From: Candidatus Magasanikiibacteriota bacterium
GTDB taxonomy: Bacteria > Patescibacteriota > Patescibacteriia > Magasanikbacterales > UBA922
NCBI GenBank assembly: GCA_012800155.1
Contig: JAAZJX010000002.1
Coordinates: forward strand, 1-55,515
Length of the DNA: 55,515 nucleotides
Direction: 5' to 3'
Shown: one piece after another, positions 7,587 through 16,558 of the stretch
Layout of the letters: every line of letters starts with the position of its first letter
How positions within the stretch are numbered: position 1 is the first letter of the stretch
Notes under the pieces: model-generated
What the model was told of the DNA's origin: nothing
Databases searched by the model: none
The model's input: only the letters and a program-made list of their open reading frames with translations
Made by a program: the position numbers and the translations under genes

Positions 7587-9506
7587 ATGCTTACTTCTAA
7601 ACAACTTCGTCAAAAATATTTAGAATTTTTTAAATCTAAGGGTCATGCGATTATTCCTTCAGCTTCTTTGATTCCTGAAAATGATCCTACGACACTTTTT
7701 ACTAGCGCTGGAATGCAACCAATGATTCCTTTTTTGTTAGGAGAAAGTCATCCAGCTGGTAAAAGAATTGCTGATTCTCAAAAGTGTTTTCGTACTCAAG
7801 ATATTGAGGCTGTGGGTGATAATCGTCACACTATATTTTTTGAAATGTTAGGAAATTGGTCTTTGGGAGATTATTTTAAAAAAGAACAAATTGATTGGAT
7901 GTTTGAATTTTTGATAAAAGAAATTGGTCTTGATCCTAATAAATTATTTATTACTTGTTTTCGAGGAGATGCAGAAATTAATATTCCTCGTGATGAGGAA
8001 GCAGCTAAATTATGGCAAGATAAATTTACTAGTATTGGTATAGAAGCTAAAATTGTTGATAATGCTGAAGAAAAAGGTTTGCAAGATGGAAAAATATTTT
8101 ATTATGATGCTACAAAAAATTGGTGGAGTCGCGCTGGTATTCCAGAAAAAATGCCAATTGGTGAGCCGGGTGGTCCAGATAGTGAAATGTTTTGGGATTT
8201 TGGTTCAGCGTTAGGTTTACACGAAAAATCTTTATGGAAAGATCAGCCTTGCCATGTTAATTGTGATTGTGGTCGTTTTATGGAAATTGGTAATAATGTT
8301 TTTATGCAATATATAAGAACAGCTGAGGGTTTTGAAGAACTAAAACAAAAAAATATTGATTTTGGTGGAGGATTGGAGAGAATAATGGCTGCTTTGAATA
8401 ATAATTCAGATATGTTTGCTATTGATTTATTTACTAAAGTTAAAAATAAATTAGAAGAACTAACTAACAAAAAATATAATGAAAGTGAAAAAATCACTTA
8501 TGCTTTTCGGGTTATTTTGGATCATTTACGAGCAGCTACTTTTTTGATTGCTGATGGAGCGATTCCTTCAAATAAAGATCAAGGTTATTTTACTAGACGA
8601 ATAATTCGTCGTTCAGTTCGCTTTGCTCGAGATCTAGGTATTAATAATAATTTTTGTTCAGAAATTTCTAAACTTTATATTGAAGAATATCAAGAAGCTT
8701 ATCCAGATTTAATAAAGAAAAAAGATTATATTTTGCGTGAATTACAAACTGAAGAAGAAAAGTTTAGAAAAACTTTGGAAGATGGTTTGAAAGAATTTGA
8801 AAAATTATTAAAAGGTTTTCAAATAGCTCAAGAAAAAACTGGTCAAAAAATTACTGAGATTTCTGGTAAACAGGCTTTCAAACTTTATGATACTTATGGT
8901 TTCCCTTTGGAAATGACTGAAGAATTAGCTAAAGAAAATAATTTAATTATTGATAAAAAAGGTTTTGCTGAAGCTTTTGCCAAACATCAAGAACTTTCTC
9001 GTGTTGGCGCTGAACAAAAATTTAAAGGCGGTCTAGCAGATGATTCAGAACAATCTACTAAATATCATACTGCCACACACTTACTTTTGGCTGCACTTCG
9101 TCATGTATTAGGAGCAGATATTGTTCAAAAAGGAAGTAACATTACTGCTGAGCGTTTGCGTTTTGATTTTAATTGGCCAGAAAAATTGACCACTGAACAA
9201 ATTAAAGCTGTAGAAGATTTAGTTAATCAAAAAATTGCTGAAAAAATTCCTGTTACTATGATGGAAATGCCTAAAACTGAAGCTAAAGATATTGTTACTG
9301 TAAGATCATTTGATTTAGAAAAATATGGTGAGATGGTGAAAGTATATAAGATTAGTGATCCTTTAGCAGGTTCGGAGCAGGTTTTCAGTGCAGAATTTTG
9401 TGGTGGTCCTCATGTAGAAAATACTGGTGTACTTGGTCATTTTAAAATTATTAAAGAAGAAGCTTCTAGTGCTGGAGTGAGAAGGATTAAGGCGATATTA
9501 GAGTAA
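7587..9506 (+). CDS. alaS: Alanine--tRNA ligase (short form, no C-Ala domain)
   Basis: Class II AlaRS N-terminus (FTSAGMQPMIPF, NWSLGDYFK). Editing-domain metal motifs HxxxH (TATHLLLAALRH) and CxxxH (FCGGPHV). The protein ends at residue 639, just after the editing domain. Confidence 0.9.
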   Translation: MLTSKQLRQKYLEFFKSKGHAIIPSASLIPENDPTTLFTSAGMQPMIPFLLGESHPAGKRIADSQKCFRTQDIEAVGDNRHTIFFEMLGNWSLGDYFKKEQIDWMFEFLIKEIGLDPNKLFITCFRGDAEINIPRDEEAAKLWQDKFTSIGIEAKIVDNAEEKGLQDGKIFYYDATKNWWSRAGIPEKMPIGEPGGPDSEMFWDFGSALGLHEKSLWKDQPCHVNCDCGRFMEIGNNVFMQYIRTAEGFEELKQKNIDFGGGLERIMAALNNNSDMFAIDLFTKVKNKLEELTNKKYNESEKITYAFRVILDHLRAATFLIADGAIPSNKDQGYFTRRIIRRSVRFARDLGINNNFCSEISKLYIEEYQEAYPDLIKKKDYILRELQTEEEKFRKTLEDGLKEFEKLLKGFQIAQEKTGQKITEISGKQAFKLYDTYGFPLEMTEELAKENNLIIDKKGFAEAFAKHQELSRVGAEQKFKGGLADDSEQSTKYHTATHLLLAALRHVLGADIVQKGSNITAERLRFDFNWPEKLTTEQIKAVEDLVNQKIAEKIPVTMMEMPKTEAKDIVTVRSFDLEKYGEMVKVYKISDPLAGSEQVFSAEFCGGPHVENTGVLGHFKIIKEEASSAGVRRIKAILE

Positions 9507-9588
9507 AGTTTATTGATGATTTTTGATTTATAAAAATTAAAATTTTTACTTTATGTGTTTTTTTGAAAGAGTTTTTAGGTTTATCAAG

Positions 9589-9597
9589 TTATCCACA
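9589..9597 (+). promoter_or_regulatory. Perfect DnaA-box 9-mer TTATCCACA
   Basis: Exact match to the TTATCCACA consensus, in a 438-bp AT-rich intergenic region. Confidence 0.4.
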
Positions 9598-9830
9598 TTT
9601 ATAGTATAATTTGTTCAGAGGTAAAAATAAAATGAAACCTTTTTTAATTATCTTTATTCATTTCGTCATTAATTTACTAAATATTTTATAGTTGGTTTTT
9701 CTGGAATTTCTTTTTATATAAATATTAGGTCTATAAACAAGATATAAAATAAATTGAAAAAAATATAAAATAGAGTTTTTATTATTTAATAAATAAAAAA
9801 TTGAAATTAATAAAAATTAGCTAAATTAAC

Positions 9831-9839
9831 TTATTCACA
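9831..9839 (+). promoter_or_regulatory. DnaA-box-like 9-mer TTATTCACA
   Basis: Fits the relaxed consensus TTATNCACA. Confidence 0.35.
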
Positions 9840-9859
9840 GCCTAGCTCTTTATATTCTC

Positions 9860-9888
9860 TTGACATAGTTTTAAGATTAATGTAAAAT
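9860..9888 (+). promoter_or_regulatory. Sigma-70-like promoter for infA
   Basis: TTGACA (9860-9865), 17-nt spacer, TAAAAT (9883-9888), about 55 nt upstream of the infA ATG. Confidence 0.6.
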
Positions 9889-9898
9889 GTCGCTAGGT

Positions 9899-9931
9899 TT
9901 ATCCACTCTAATCAAAATTGACAGTGGATTA
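9899..9931 (+). promoter_or_regulatory. Inverted pair of DnaA-box-like sequences, or a 5'-UTR hairpin, in the infA leader
   Basis: TTATCCACT (9899-9907) and AGTGGATTA (9923-9931, reverse complement TAATCCACT). ATCCACT/AGTGGAT forms a 7-bp inverted repeat with a 15-nt spacer, downstream of the predicted -10. Confidence 0.35.
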
Positions 9932-9944
9932 AAATTACCTTGTC

Positions 9945-10163
9945 ATGTCAAAAAATACAGAAGTAGTGGAAGTCAGAGGAACAATTGAAGAATTGTTACC
10001 CGGTGCCACTTTTCGTTTAAAATTAGAAAACGACCATGAGATTATTGCTCATTTGTCTGGAAAAATGAGAATGAATAGAATCAGATTATCAGTCGGAGAT
10101 GAAGTCAAAGTTGAAATTACTCCTTACGATTTAACTAAAGGTCGGATTACTTACAGATTTTAA
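9945..10163 (+). CDS. infA: Translation initiation factor IF-1
   Basis: 72-aa S1/OB-fold protein: [65 protein letters not shown]. Confidence 0.95.
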   Translation: MSKNTEVVEVRGTIEELLPGATFRLKLENDHEIIAHLSGKMRMNRIRLSVGDEVKVEITPYDLTKGRITYRF

Positions 10164-10170
10164 AGATTAT

Positions 10171-10237
10171 CAACCAGTGCGGTGTAGTTGGACATTTGGT
10201 CTGACGTCGATATCGCGGCAGTGGTTGGTATTTTTTT
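10171..10237 (+). terminator. GC-rich imperfect hairpin plus T-run between infA and rpmJ (terminator or attenuator)
   Basis: CAACCA (10171-10176) pairs with TGGTTG (10222-10227). The stem continues with mismatches (GTGCGGTG / CGCGGCAG), then TTTTTTT (10231-10237). Locally it is much more GC-rich than its surroundings. Confidence 0.5.
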
Positions 10238-10261
10238 ACACTATAAAATAAATTGATAAAT

Positions 10262-10399
10262 ATGAAAGTTAGATCTTCTGCAAAAGTAAGATGTCCAAAA
10301 TGTAAAACCGTTAGACGAAGAGGTGTAGTTTATGTTATTTGTGAAGTACCAAAACATAAACAAAGACAAGGTACTAAGCAGAGAAAAAAAGTTGCTTAA
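10262..10399 (+). CDS. rpmJ: 50S ribosomal protein L36 (bL36), with a short basic C-terminal extension
   Basis: Below the ORF-track cutoff. Translation is [45 protein letters not shown], carrying the C-x2-C...C-x-x-x-x-H zinc-ribbon pattern of L36. It sits in the canonical position between infA and rpsM. Confidence 0.88.
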   Translation: MKVRSSAKVRCPKCKTVRRRGVVYVICEVPKHKQRQGTKQRKKVA

Positions 10400-10413
10400 T
10401 TAATTATATTATT

Positions 10414-10800
10414 ATGAGAGTATCAGGCATAAATATTCCAAAAGAAAAACAAATTGAGACCGCCTTGACCTATGTGTATGGTATTGGTCTTACAACTTCC
10501 AAGAAAATTTTAGCATTGGCTAATGTTAATCCTACAACTAGAGTTAAAGATCTTACCACTGAACAAGAAGATTTGATTCGTAATATTGTTGAAAAACAAA
10601 ATAAGACTGAAGGTGATTTACGTCGTGAAGTAGCTAGTAATATTAAACGATTGAAAGATATTAAATGTTATCGTGGTATTAGACATACCAAGCGTTTGCC
10701 AGTTCGTGGACAAAGAACAAAGACTAATAATCGTACAATTCGTGGTAACAAAAGAAATTTAGCAACCAGTGGTAAAAAACCACCTGCTCAAAAGACTTAA
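10414..10800 (+). CDS. rpsM: 30S ribosomal protein S13 (uS13)
   Basis: [33 protein letters not shown]..., with CYRGIRH and a basic tail. Position in the operon is conserved. Confidence 0.95.
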   Translation: MRVSGINIPKEKQIETALTYVYGIGLTTSKKILALANVNPTTRVKDLTTEQEDLIRNIVEKQNKTEGDLRREVASNIKRLKDIKCYRGIRHTKRLPVRGQRTKTNNRTIRGNKRNLATSGKKPPAQKT

Positions 10801-10834
10801 TTTTAATGTTAAAGAATTTTGAAGAATAATAAAT

Positions 10835-11233
10835 ATGGCTAAGCAAGTAAAGAAAAATATTTCTAAAAAGAAAAAAGTTACTCGTCAAGTTAGTCACGGT
10901 AGAGCTTATATTCAAGCAACTTTTAATAATACAATAGTTTCTGTTACTGATCAAAATGGTGATGTTTTAGGTTGGGCTAGCGCTGGTATGGCTGGTTTTA
11001 AAGGTCCAAAAAAAGCCACACCTTATGCTGCTGGACAAGTTGTTAAAAAAGTTTTAGAAGCTATTGAACCAGTTGGTATCAAAGAAGTTAATGTATATGT
11101 AAAAGGAATTGGTGGTGGTCGAGAAGGAGCAATTAGAGCTTTTAATTCTAATGGTGTTCAAGTATTATCCATTAAAGATGTTACTCCGATTCCACATAAT
11201 GGTTGTCGTCCACCAAAGAGACGCAGAGTTTAA
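10835..11233 (+). CDS. rpsK: 30S ribosomal protein S11 (uS11)
   Basis: GRAYIQATFNNTIVSVTDQNGDVLGWASAGMAGFKG ... TPIPHNGCRPPKRRRV. Confidence 0.95.
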   Translation: MAKQVKKNISKKKKVTRQVSHGRAYIQATFNNTIVSVTDQNGDVLGWASAGMAGFKGPKKATPYAAGQVVKKVLEAIEPVGIKEVNVYVKGIGGGREGAIRAFNSNGVQVLSIKDVTPIPHNGCRPPKRRRV

Positions 11234-11244
11234 TTTTGAATATT

Positions 11245-11868
11245 ATGGGAAAATATATTGGTCCAAAAAATAAAATTGCAAGACGTTTCGGCGTTAATTT
11301 AGGTTTAAAAAGTGAAGCTACAAAAGTAGCTCGTCGTTTAGGACAAATGCCTGGTGTGCATGGTCCAAAGAAAAGAGCCAAAGGCGGTTCTTCTTATTCC
11401 AAACAATTAATTGAAAAACAAAAAGCAAAATTTATTTATGGTATTCGTGAAGCTCAGTTTAGTCGTTATGTAAAAGAAGCTAGTAGTATGAAAGGTGATT
11501 CTGGTGTTAATTTACAAACTATTTTAGAAACCAGATTAGATAATGTAATTTATCGTATGGGATTTGCTCTTACAAGAGCACAAGCCAGACAAATGGTCAA
11601 TCATGGTATGTTTACAGTTAATGGCAAAAATTTAAATATCCCTTCTCATATTGTGAAAGTAGGGGATGTAATTGCTGTTCGTGATAAAAAATTAAAAAAA
11701 TCTTTGTTCTTAGATCTTGAAGAAAAATTAACTAAAGTTCAATTACCAAGTTGGATTAGTGTTGATCCAAAAACTAAATCTGGAAAAATTTTAAATTTAC
11801 CAACTGAACAAGATTTTGATAAAATTTTTGATGTGAAACTCATTATTGAGTATTTCTCAACTCGTTAA
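11245..11868 (+). CDS. rpsD: 30S ribosomal protein S4 (uS4)
   Basis: I moved the start from the ORF-track 11203 to the ATG at 11245 (MGKYIGPKNKIARRFG...). The upstream extension overlaps the rpsK 3' end. S4 domain YRMGFALTRAQARQMVNHGMFTVNG. Confidence 0.9.
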   Translation: MGKYIGPKNKIARRFGVNLGLKSEATKVARRLGQMPGVHGPKKRAKGGSSYSKQLIEKQKAKFIYGIREAQFSRYVKEASSMKGDSGVNLQTILETRLDNVIYRMGFALTRAQARQMVNHGMFTVNGKNLNIPSHIVKVGDVIAVRDKKLKKSLFLDLEEKLTKVQLPSWISVDPKTKSGKILNLPTEQDFDKIFDVKLIIEYFSTR

Positions 11869-11905
11869 TTAGCCAAATTATTTGGCGCTAACATATAATA
11901 ATTAT

Positions 11906-12676
11906 ATGGAGGATATACTTTTACCGACTACAATTGAATTTACAGATGGTGAACAACCAAATATTGGAAAAGTGGTAATAACACCCTGTCAAAAAGGTTA
12001 TGGTACAACTTTGGGAAACGCGCTAAGAAGAGTTTTGTTATCATCCTTACCAGGAGCAGCTATTGAATCTGTAAAAATTGATGGTGTACAACATGAATTT
12101 TCAGCGATTGATGGTGTTCAAGAAGATGTTGTAGAAATAATTTTAAATTTAAAACAAGTAGCTGTTCGTTGTTTTTCAGATGAGCCTGTAGTTTTATCTC
12201 TTACCAAAAAAGGTAAAGGTGATATTACTGCTGCTGATTTTGAAAAAAATTCTGATATAGAAATTGTCAATCCAGATTTGAAAATTATGACTGTTACCGA
12301 TGCAAAGAAAGAAATTAATATGGAAGTTGTTATTGGAAAGGGTCGTGGTTATGTTCCAGTAGAAGAAAAAGATTCCAAAAATATGGATTTAGGAACAATT
12401 GTTATTGACTCACTCTATACACCAATTAGAGATATTGGTTATAATGTAGAATCTACTCGTGTGGGAGATGTAGTTGATTATGAAAAATTAGTTTTGAATA
12501 TTGAAACTAATGGCACAATTACTCCTAAAAAAGCTATTGAGCAGTCTACTAAAATTTTAATGGATCATTTTTCTTTAATTTTGGACATGGCTAGTGATAT
12601 GAGTCATACAGAAACAGAAGAAGTTATTGAAGAAAAACCAAAAAAGAGTACTAAGAAATCTAAAAAAGCTGAATAA
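11906..12676 (+). CDS. rpoA: DNA-directed RNA polymerase subunit alpha, N-terminal (assembly) domain only
   Basis: I moved the start to the ATG at 11906 (MEDILLPTTIEF...). Alpha-NTD motifs are present (GTTLGNALRRVLLSSLPGAA, GRGYVP, TPIRDIGY). The protein ends after about 256 aa with a Glu/Lys-rich tail. No alpha-CTD-like sequence is visible. Confidence 0.88.
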   Translation: MEDILLPTTIEFTDGEQPNIGKVVITPCQKGYGTTLGNALRRVLLSSLPGAAIESVKIDGVQHEFSAIDGVQEDVVEIILNLKQVAVRCFSDEPVVLSLTKKGKGDITAADFEKNSDIEIVNPDLKIMTVTDAKKEINMEVVIGKGRGYVPVEEKDSKNMDLGTIVIDSLYTPIRDIGYNVESTRVGDVVDYEKLVLNIETNGTITPKKAIEQSTKILMDHFSLILDMASDMSHTETEEVIEEKPKKSTKKSKKAE

Positions 12677-12679
12677 TAT

Positions 12680-13030
12680 ATGCGTCATAAATGTCAAAAA
12701 GTAACTTTAGGAAGGGAAAAGTCTCCACGAGAAGCTTTGTTTCGAAATCAAGCAGAAAGTTTGATTCTTCATGGTAGTATTCGTACCACTGAAGCAAAAG
12801 CTAAAGCTTTGCGTAGTATTATTGAACCATTAATTACTAAAGCTAGAAAAAATACTTTAGCTGCTCGTCGTGAAGTGATGAAAGTTTTGTATACTGAAGA
12901 AGCAATTAAGAAATTGTTTACTGAAATTGCTCCCAAGTATAAAGATAGACAAGGTGGTTATACTAGAATAATTAAAATTGCTCCACGAGCAAATGATGCT
13001 GCTAAAATGGCGCGTATTGAATTTGTATAA
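12680..13030 (+). CDS. rplQ: 50S ribosomal protein L17 (bL17)
   Basis: MRHKCQKVTLGREKSPREALFRNQAESLILHGSIRTTEAKAKALR... Canonical position after rpoA. Confidence 0.93.
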   Translation: MRHKCQKVTLGREKSPREALFRNQAESLILHGSIRTTEAKAKALRSIIEPLITKARKNTLAARREVMKVLYTEEAIKKLFTEIAPKYKDRQGGYTRIIKIAPRANDAAKMARIEFV

Positions 13031-13031
13031 T

Positions 13032-13397
13032 ATGACTAAAAAAGAAATTATAAGAAAAAATATTGAAATTGATGCCACAGGCAAAGCTGTTGGTAGATTG
13101 GCTACTGAGATTGCAATTATTTTGCGTGGTAAAAATAAACCAGGTTTTGTTCCTCATATAGATAGTGGAGATTTTGTTACAGTTATCAATCCTGATAAAG
13201 TAAAATTTACTGGTAGAAAATTAGTTCAAAAAGATTATTATCATTATACTGGTTATCCAGGAGGAATAATTCGTACTCCAATGAAAAGAGTTTTTGATAA
13301 TAATCCCGCCGAAGTCATTCGTCGTGCAGTCATTGGTATGTTACCAAAAAATAGACTACGAGATGGTATGATGAAGCGGTTGACAATAAAAGTATAA
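13032..13397 (+). CDS. rplM: 50S ribosomal protein L13 (uL13)
   Basis: I moved the start to the ATG at 13032 (MTKKEIIRKNIEIDATGKAVGRLATEIAIILRGKNKP...). The ORF-track extension overlaps rplQ. Confidence 0.92.
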   Translation: MTKKEIIRKNIEIDATGKAVGRLATEIAIILRGKNKPGFVPHIDSGDFVTVINPDKVKFTGRKLVQKDYYHYTGYPGGIIRTPMKRVFDNNPAEVIRRAVIGMLPKNRLRDGMMKRLTIKV

Positions 13398-13401
13398 TTT
13401 T

Positions 13402-13809
13402 ATGGTAGTTAAAAAAGAAGACAATTCAATGGTTCGTACTGTTGGTAGACGCAAAACTGCTACAGCTCGTGTTCGTTTATCTCCTGGTAAAGGAATTATT
13501 ATAATTAATGACAAACCATTTACAGAATTTTTTCCAATTGAATTATGGAGTGATAAAGTAATTGCTCCTCTGAAGATTGTTAGTCGAGAAAAAGATTTTG
13601 ATATTTCAGTAAAGATTGTTGGTGGTGGTGTTAATTCTCAAGCTGAAGCTGTACGACATGGTATTGCTCGTGCTTTGATAAAATGGGATGAAACTTTAAG
13701 ACCAATTTTAAAAGCAGAAGGTTTTCTAACTCGTGATTCTAGAGGAAAAGAAAGAAAGAAATTCGGTTTACATAAAGCTCGTCGAGCTCATCAATGGAGA
13801 AAGCGTTAA
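13402..13809 (+). CDS. rpsI: 30S ribosomal protein S9 (uS9)
   Basis: GRRKTATARVRL ... GGGVNSQAEAVRHGIARAL ... RDSRGKERKKFGLHKARRAHQWRKR. An internal ATG (MVRTVGRRK) is an alternative start. Confidence 0.92.
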   Translation: MVVKKEDNSMVRTVGRRKTATARVRLSPGKGIIIINDKPFTEFFPIELWSDKVIAPLKIVSREKDFDISVKIVGGGVNSQAEAVRHGIARALIKWDETLRPILKAEGFLTRDSRGKERKKFGLHKARRAHQWRKR

Positions 13810-13818
13810 TACATATTC

Positions 13819-13846
13819 AAAAATCCACCGTTTGGTGGATTTTTTA
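13819..13846 (+). terminator. Rho-independent terminator after rpsI
   Basis: ATCCACC (13823-13829) / GGTGGAT (13834-13840), loop GTTT, followed by TTTTT. Confidence 0.85.
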
Positions 13847-13885
13847 TTTGTCTTTTCTTCATTTTTCAGGTAAAATAAGTGCATT

Positions 13886-15331
13886 ATGTCTCAGTCAGTT
13901 GCTAGAAATACTGCTTTTATCACTTTTGCTTCTATTGCGCAAAAAGTGATTTCTTTTGTTTATTTTACTTTGATTGCTCGCAATATTGGCGCTGAAAATA
14001 CTGGAAAATATATTTTTGCTTTATCTTTTACTACTATATTTGTAGTTTTTGTAGATTTAGGATTAAATCAAGTTTTAATTCGTGAAGGAGCTAAGAATAA
14101 AGAAAATTTACAAAAATATTTATCTTCAGTTTTGTTTATTAAATTATTTTTAGGTATATTTACTTATATCACAGCAGTAGTAACTATCAATTTAATGGGC
14201 TATCCAATTGAAACTAGACAGTTGGTATATTTATCAGCTGTAACGATGTTATTTGATTCTTTACATCTTAGTATTTATGGAGTATTACGAGCTTATGGAA
14301 ATTTGAAATATGAAGCTTGGGGGATTGTTATGACCCAAGCTCTAACATTAATTATGGGAACAATTTTTTTATATTTAAAATTTCCTTTAATTTTTTTGAT
14401 TTTAGCTTTTACTATTCCAAGTTTTATTAATGTTTGTTATGCAACTATCATTTTATTTATTAAATATCATATTAGTTTGCGTCTTAAATGGGATAAAGTT
14501 GTAATGAAATTTTTTTTGAAAATAACTATTCCTTTTGCTTTAGCGGCAATTTTTGCGCGAGTTTATTCTTATATTGATTCTATTTTATTATCAAAATTGA
14601 TGGGAGATAAAGAAGTTGGTTGGTATAGTATTCCTTATAAAATTACTTATGCCTTTCAATTTATTCCTTCGGCTTTAGTAGCAGTTCTTTATCCAAAGTT
14701 TAGTGAATATTTTGTTCAAGATAAAAATAAATCAGTTTATATTTTAGAAAGAGGAATAAAATATCTTTTAATTATTGTTTTTCCTATTGTTTTTGGTATA
14801 AGTATTTTGGCAAAAGATATTGTTTTATCTCTTTATACAAGTGAATATTTGAATTCAATTTTACCTTTAAAAATTTTATTAGTTGGATTAATTTTTTCAT
14901 TTATTAGTTTTCCTTTGGGTGCTTTTTTAAATGCTTGTAATAAACAGGTTTCTCAGACAGTAATTGTTTTTTTTATAATGTTAATAAACATAATTTCAAA
15001 TTTGATTTTAATTCCTAGATTGGGAGTAGTTGGAGCAGCTATTTCAGCGCTTATTGGTAATTTTTGTTTAGTATTATTTAGTTTATTTATTATTCCCAAA
15101 ATTGCCAAAATTTCTCATAGTTTTATTTTTAAAAGTTTAATTCAAATTTTATTAGCTACTTTGGTGATGAGTGTGGTAGTTTGGTATACTAATTTACATT
15201 TTCATTATTTAATAGCTGTTATTGTTGGCGGAGTAGTTTATATCTTAGCTTTATTTATTTTTCGAGTTATTACTAAAACACAACTTAAAGAAGTTTATTT
15301 ACTTATTAATAAAAAATCATCGTCAGCTTAA
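13886..15331 (+). CDS. Polysaccharide/oligosaccharide flippase (MOP/Wzx-type, polytopic membrane protein)
   Basis: About 12-14 predicted TM helices and a length of 481 aa. The N-terminal pattern (ARNTAFITFASIAQKVISFVYFTLIARNIG) is typical of polysaccharide biosynthesis (Wzx/RfbX) exporters. Glycosyltransferases are adjacent. Confidence 0.7.
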   Translation: MSQSVARNTAFITFASIAQKVISFVYFTLIARNIGAENTGKYIFALSFTTIFVVFVDLGLNQVLIREGAKNKENLQKYLSSVLFIKLFLGIFTYITAVVTINLMGYPIETRQLVYLSAVTMLFDSLHLSIYGVLRAYGNLKYEAWGIVMTQALTLIMGTIFLYLKFPLIFLILAFTIPSFINVCYATIILFIKYHISLRLKWDKVVMKFFLKITIPFALAAIFARVYSYIDSILLSKLMGDKEVGWYSIPYKITYAFQFIPSALVAVLYPKFSEYFVQDKNKSVYILERGIKYLLIIVFPIVFGISILAKDIVLSLYTSEYLNSILPLKILLVGLIFSFISFPLGAFLNACNKQVSQTVIVFFIMLINIISNLILIPRLGVVGAAISALIGNFCLVLFSLFIIPKIAKISHSFIFKSLIQILLATLVMSVVVWYTNLHFHYLIAVIVGGVVYILALFIFRVITKTQLKEVYLLINKKSSSA

Positions 15332-15389
15332 GCGTAGCAAAGGATTTTATTTTACTTTGCTATACTTAAAATAACTATATTGTTACTAT

Positions 15390-16556
15390 ATGAAAAAAAC
15401 TTTAATTATTACTTTAGAATTTCCACCCCAAGTTGGAGGGATTGCTACTTATGTAGAACAACAGGCTATTCATTTAGATTTAACTAAAACTATAATTTTA
15501 GCACCAAAAAATATTCAGGCTAAAGAATGGGATAAACAACAAAAATATAAAATTTATCGCAAAAAATTTTTTTGGTTTTTATGGCCTCGTTGGTTTAGAT
15601 TGTTATGGCAAGTATTTTGGCTTTGTCGCAAAGAAAAAATTGAGATGATTTTAGTTCATCATGTTTTACCAGTTGGTTATATTGCTGTAATAATGAAAAA
15701 ATTAAAAAAAATTCCTTTTATTGTTTTTTCTCATGGTACAGATATTGTTTATGCAACCCGTTCTAAACATAAGATTAGATTATTAAAAAAAGTTATTCAG
15801 AAAAGCGAAAAAGTATTTTTTAATAGTCAATCATTGAGAAATAGATTTTTACGAGTAATACCAGAATTAGAATCAAAAACTGATATTATTTATCCTTGTC
15901 CAGATAAAGATTTTTTGATTGCTCCTGATAAAAATGATTTGGATTTATTGCGTGCCAAACTTGCTCTTGAAGGTAAAAAAGTTATGCTTACAGTTTCTAG
16001 AATTGATGAAGGTAAAGGTGTTACTCATATTACTAGATTGTTACCAGATATTTTAAAAAAAGAACCAAATTTAGTTTGGGTTTTAATTGGTGATGGACCT
16101 AAACGATCATTAATTATTAAGGAAATTCAAAAACACAATTTACAAAATGTAGTGCGTTATCTTGGTTCTATACCACATGATCAATTAAAAAATTATTATT
16201 ATTTGGCAGATATTTTTGTTTTATTATGTCATCCAGATGAAGGTAGAGAAGAAGGTTTAGGTTTAGTATTTTTGGAATCTGCAGCTTGTGGAATTCCTGC
16301 TGTAGCTGGAAGGAGTGGAGGAGTGGAAGAAGCTGTAGTTCATACTCAAACAGGTTTAGTAGTAGATGTTTATCAACAAATGACAGTAGTTAGCGCTATA
16401 ACAGAATTATTGGCAAATAATGATTATCGTCAAAAATTAGGTATTCATGCTCAAGAAAGAATTAAAGCAAATTTTAATTGGACAAATCAATTAAGCAAAC
16501 TAGATGAATTTTTGAATTTATCAGAAATAAATAATCAAATTGATCTGAAATTTTAA
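15390..16556 (+). CDS. Glycosyltransferase family 4 (GT-B, GT1 clan)
   Basis: C-terminal EX7E-type motif region EEGLGLVFLESAACGIPAVAGRSGGVEEAV, and N-terminal GGIATYV. Confidence 0.8.
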   Translation: MKKTLIITLEFPPQVGGIATYVEQQAIHLDLTKTIILAPKNIQAKEWDKQQKYKIYRKKFFWFLWPRWFRLLWQVFWLCRKEKIEMILVHHVLPVGYIAVIMKKLKKIPFIVFSHGTDIVYATRSKHKIRLLKKVIQKSEKVFFNSQSLRNRFLRVIPELESKTDIIYPCPDKDFLIAPDKNDLDLLRAKLALEGKKVMLTVSRIDEGKGVTHITRLLPDILKKEPNLVWVLIGDGPKRSLIIKEIQKHNLQNVVRYLGSIPHDQLKNYYYLADIFVLLCHPDEGREEGLGLVFLESAACGIPAVAGRSGGVEEAVVHTQTGLVVDVYQQMTVVSAITELLANNDYRQKLGIHAQERIKANFNWTNQLSKLDEFLNLSEINNQIDLKF

Positions 16557-16558
16557 TT

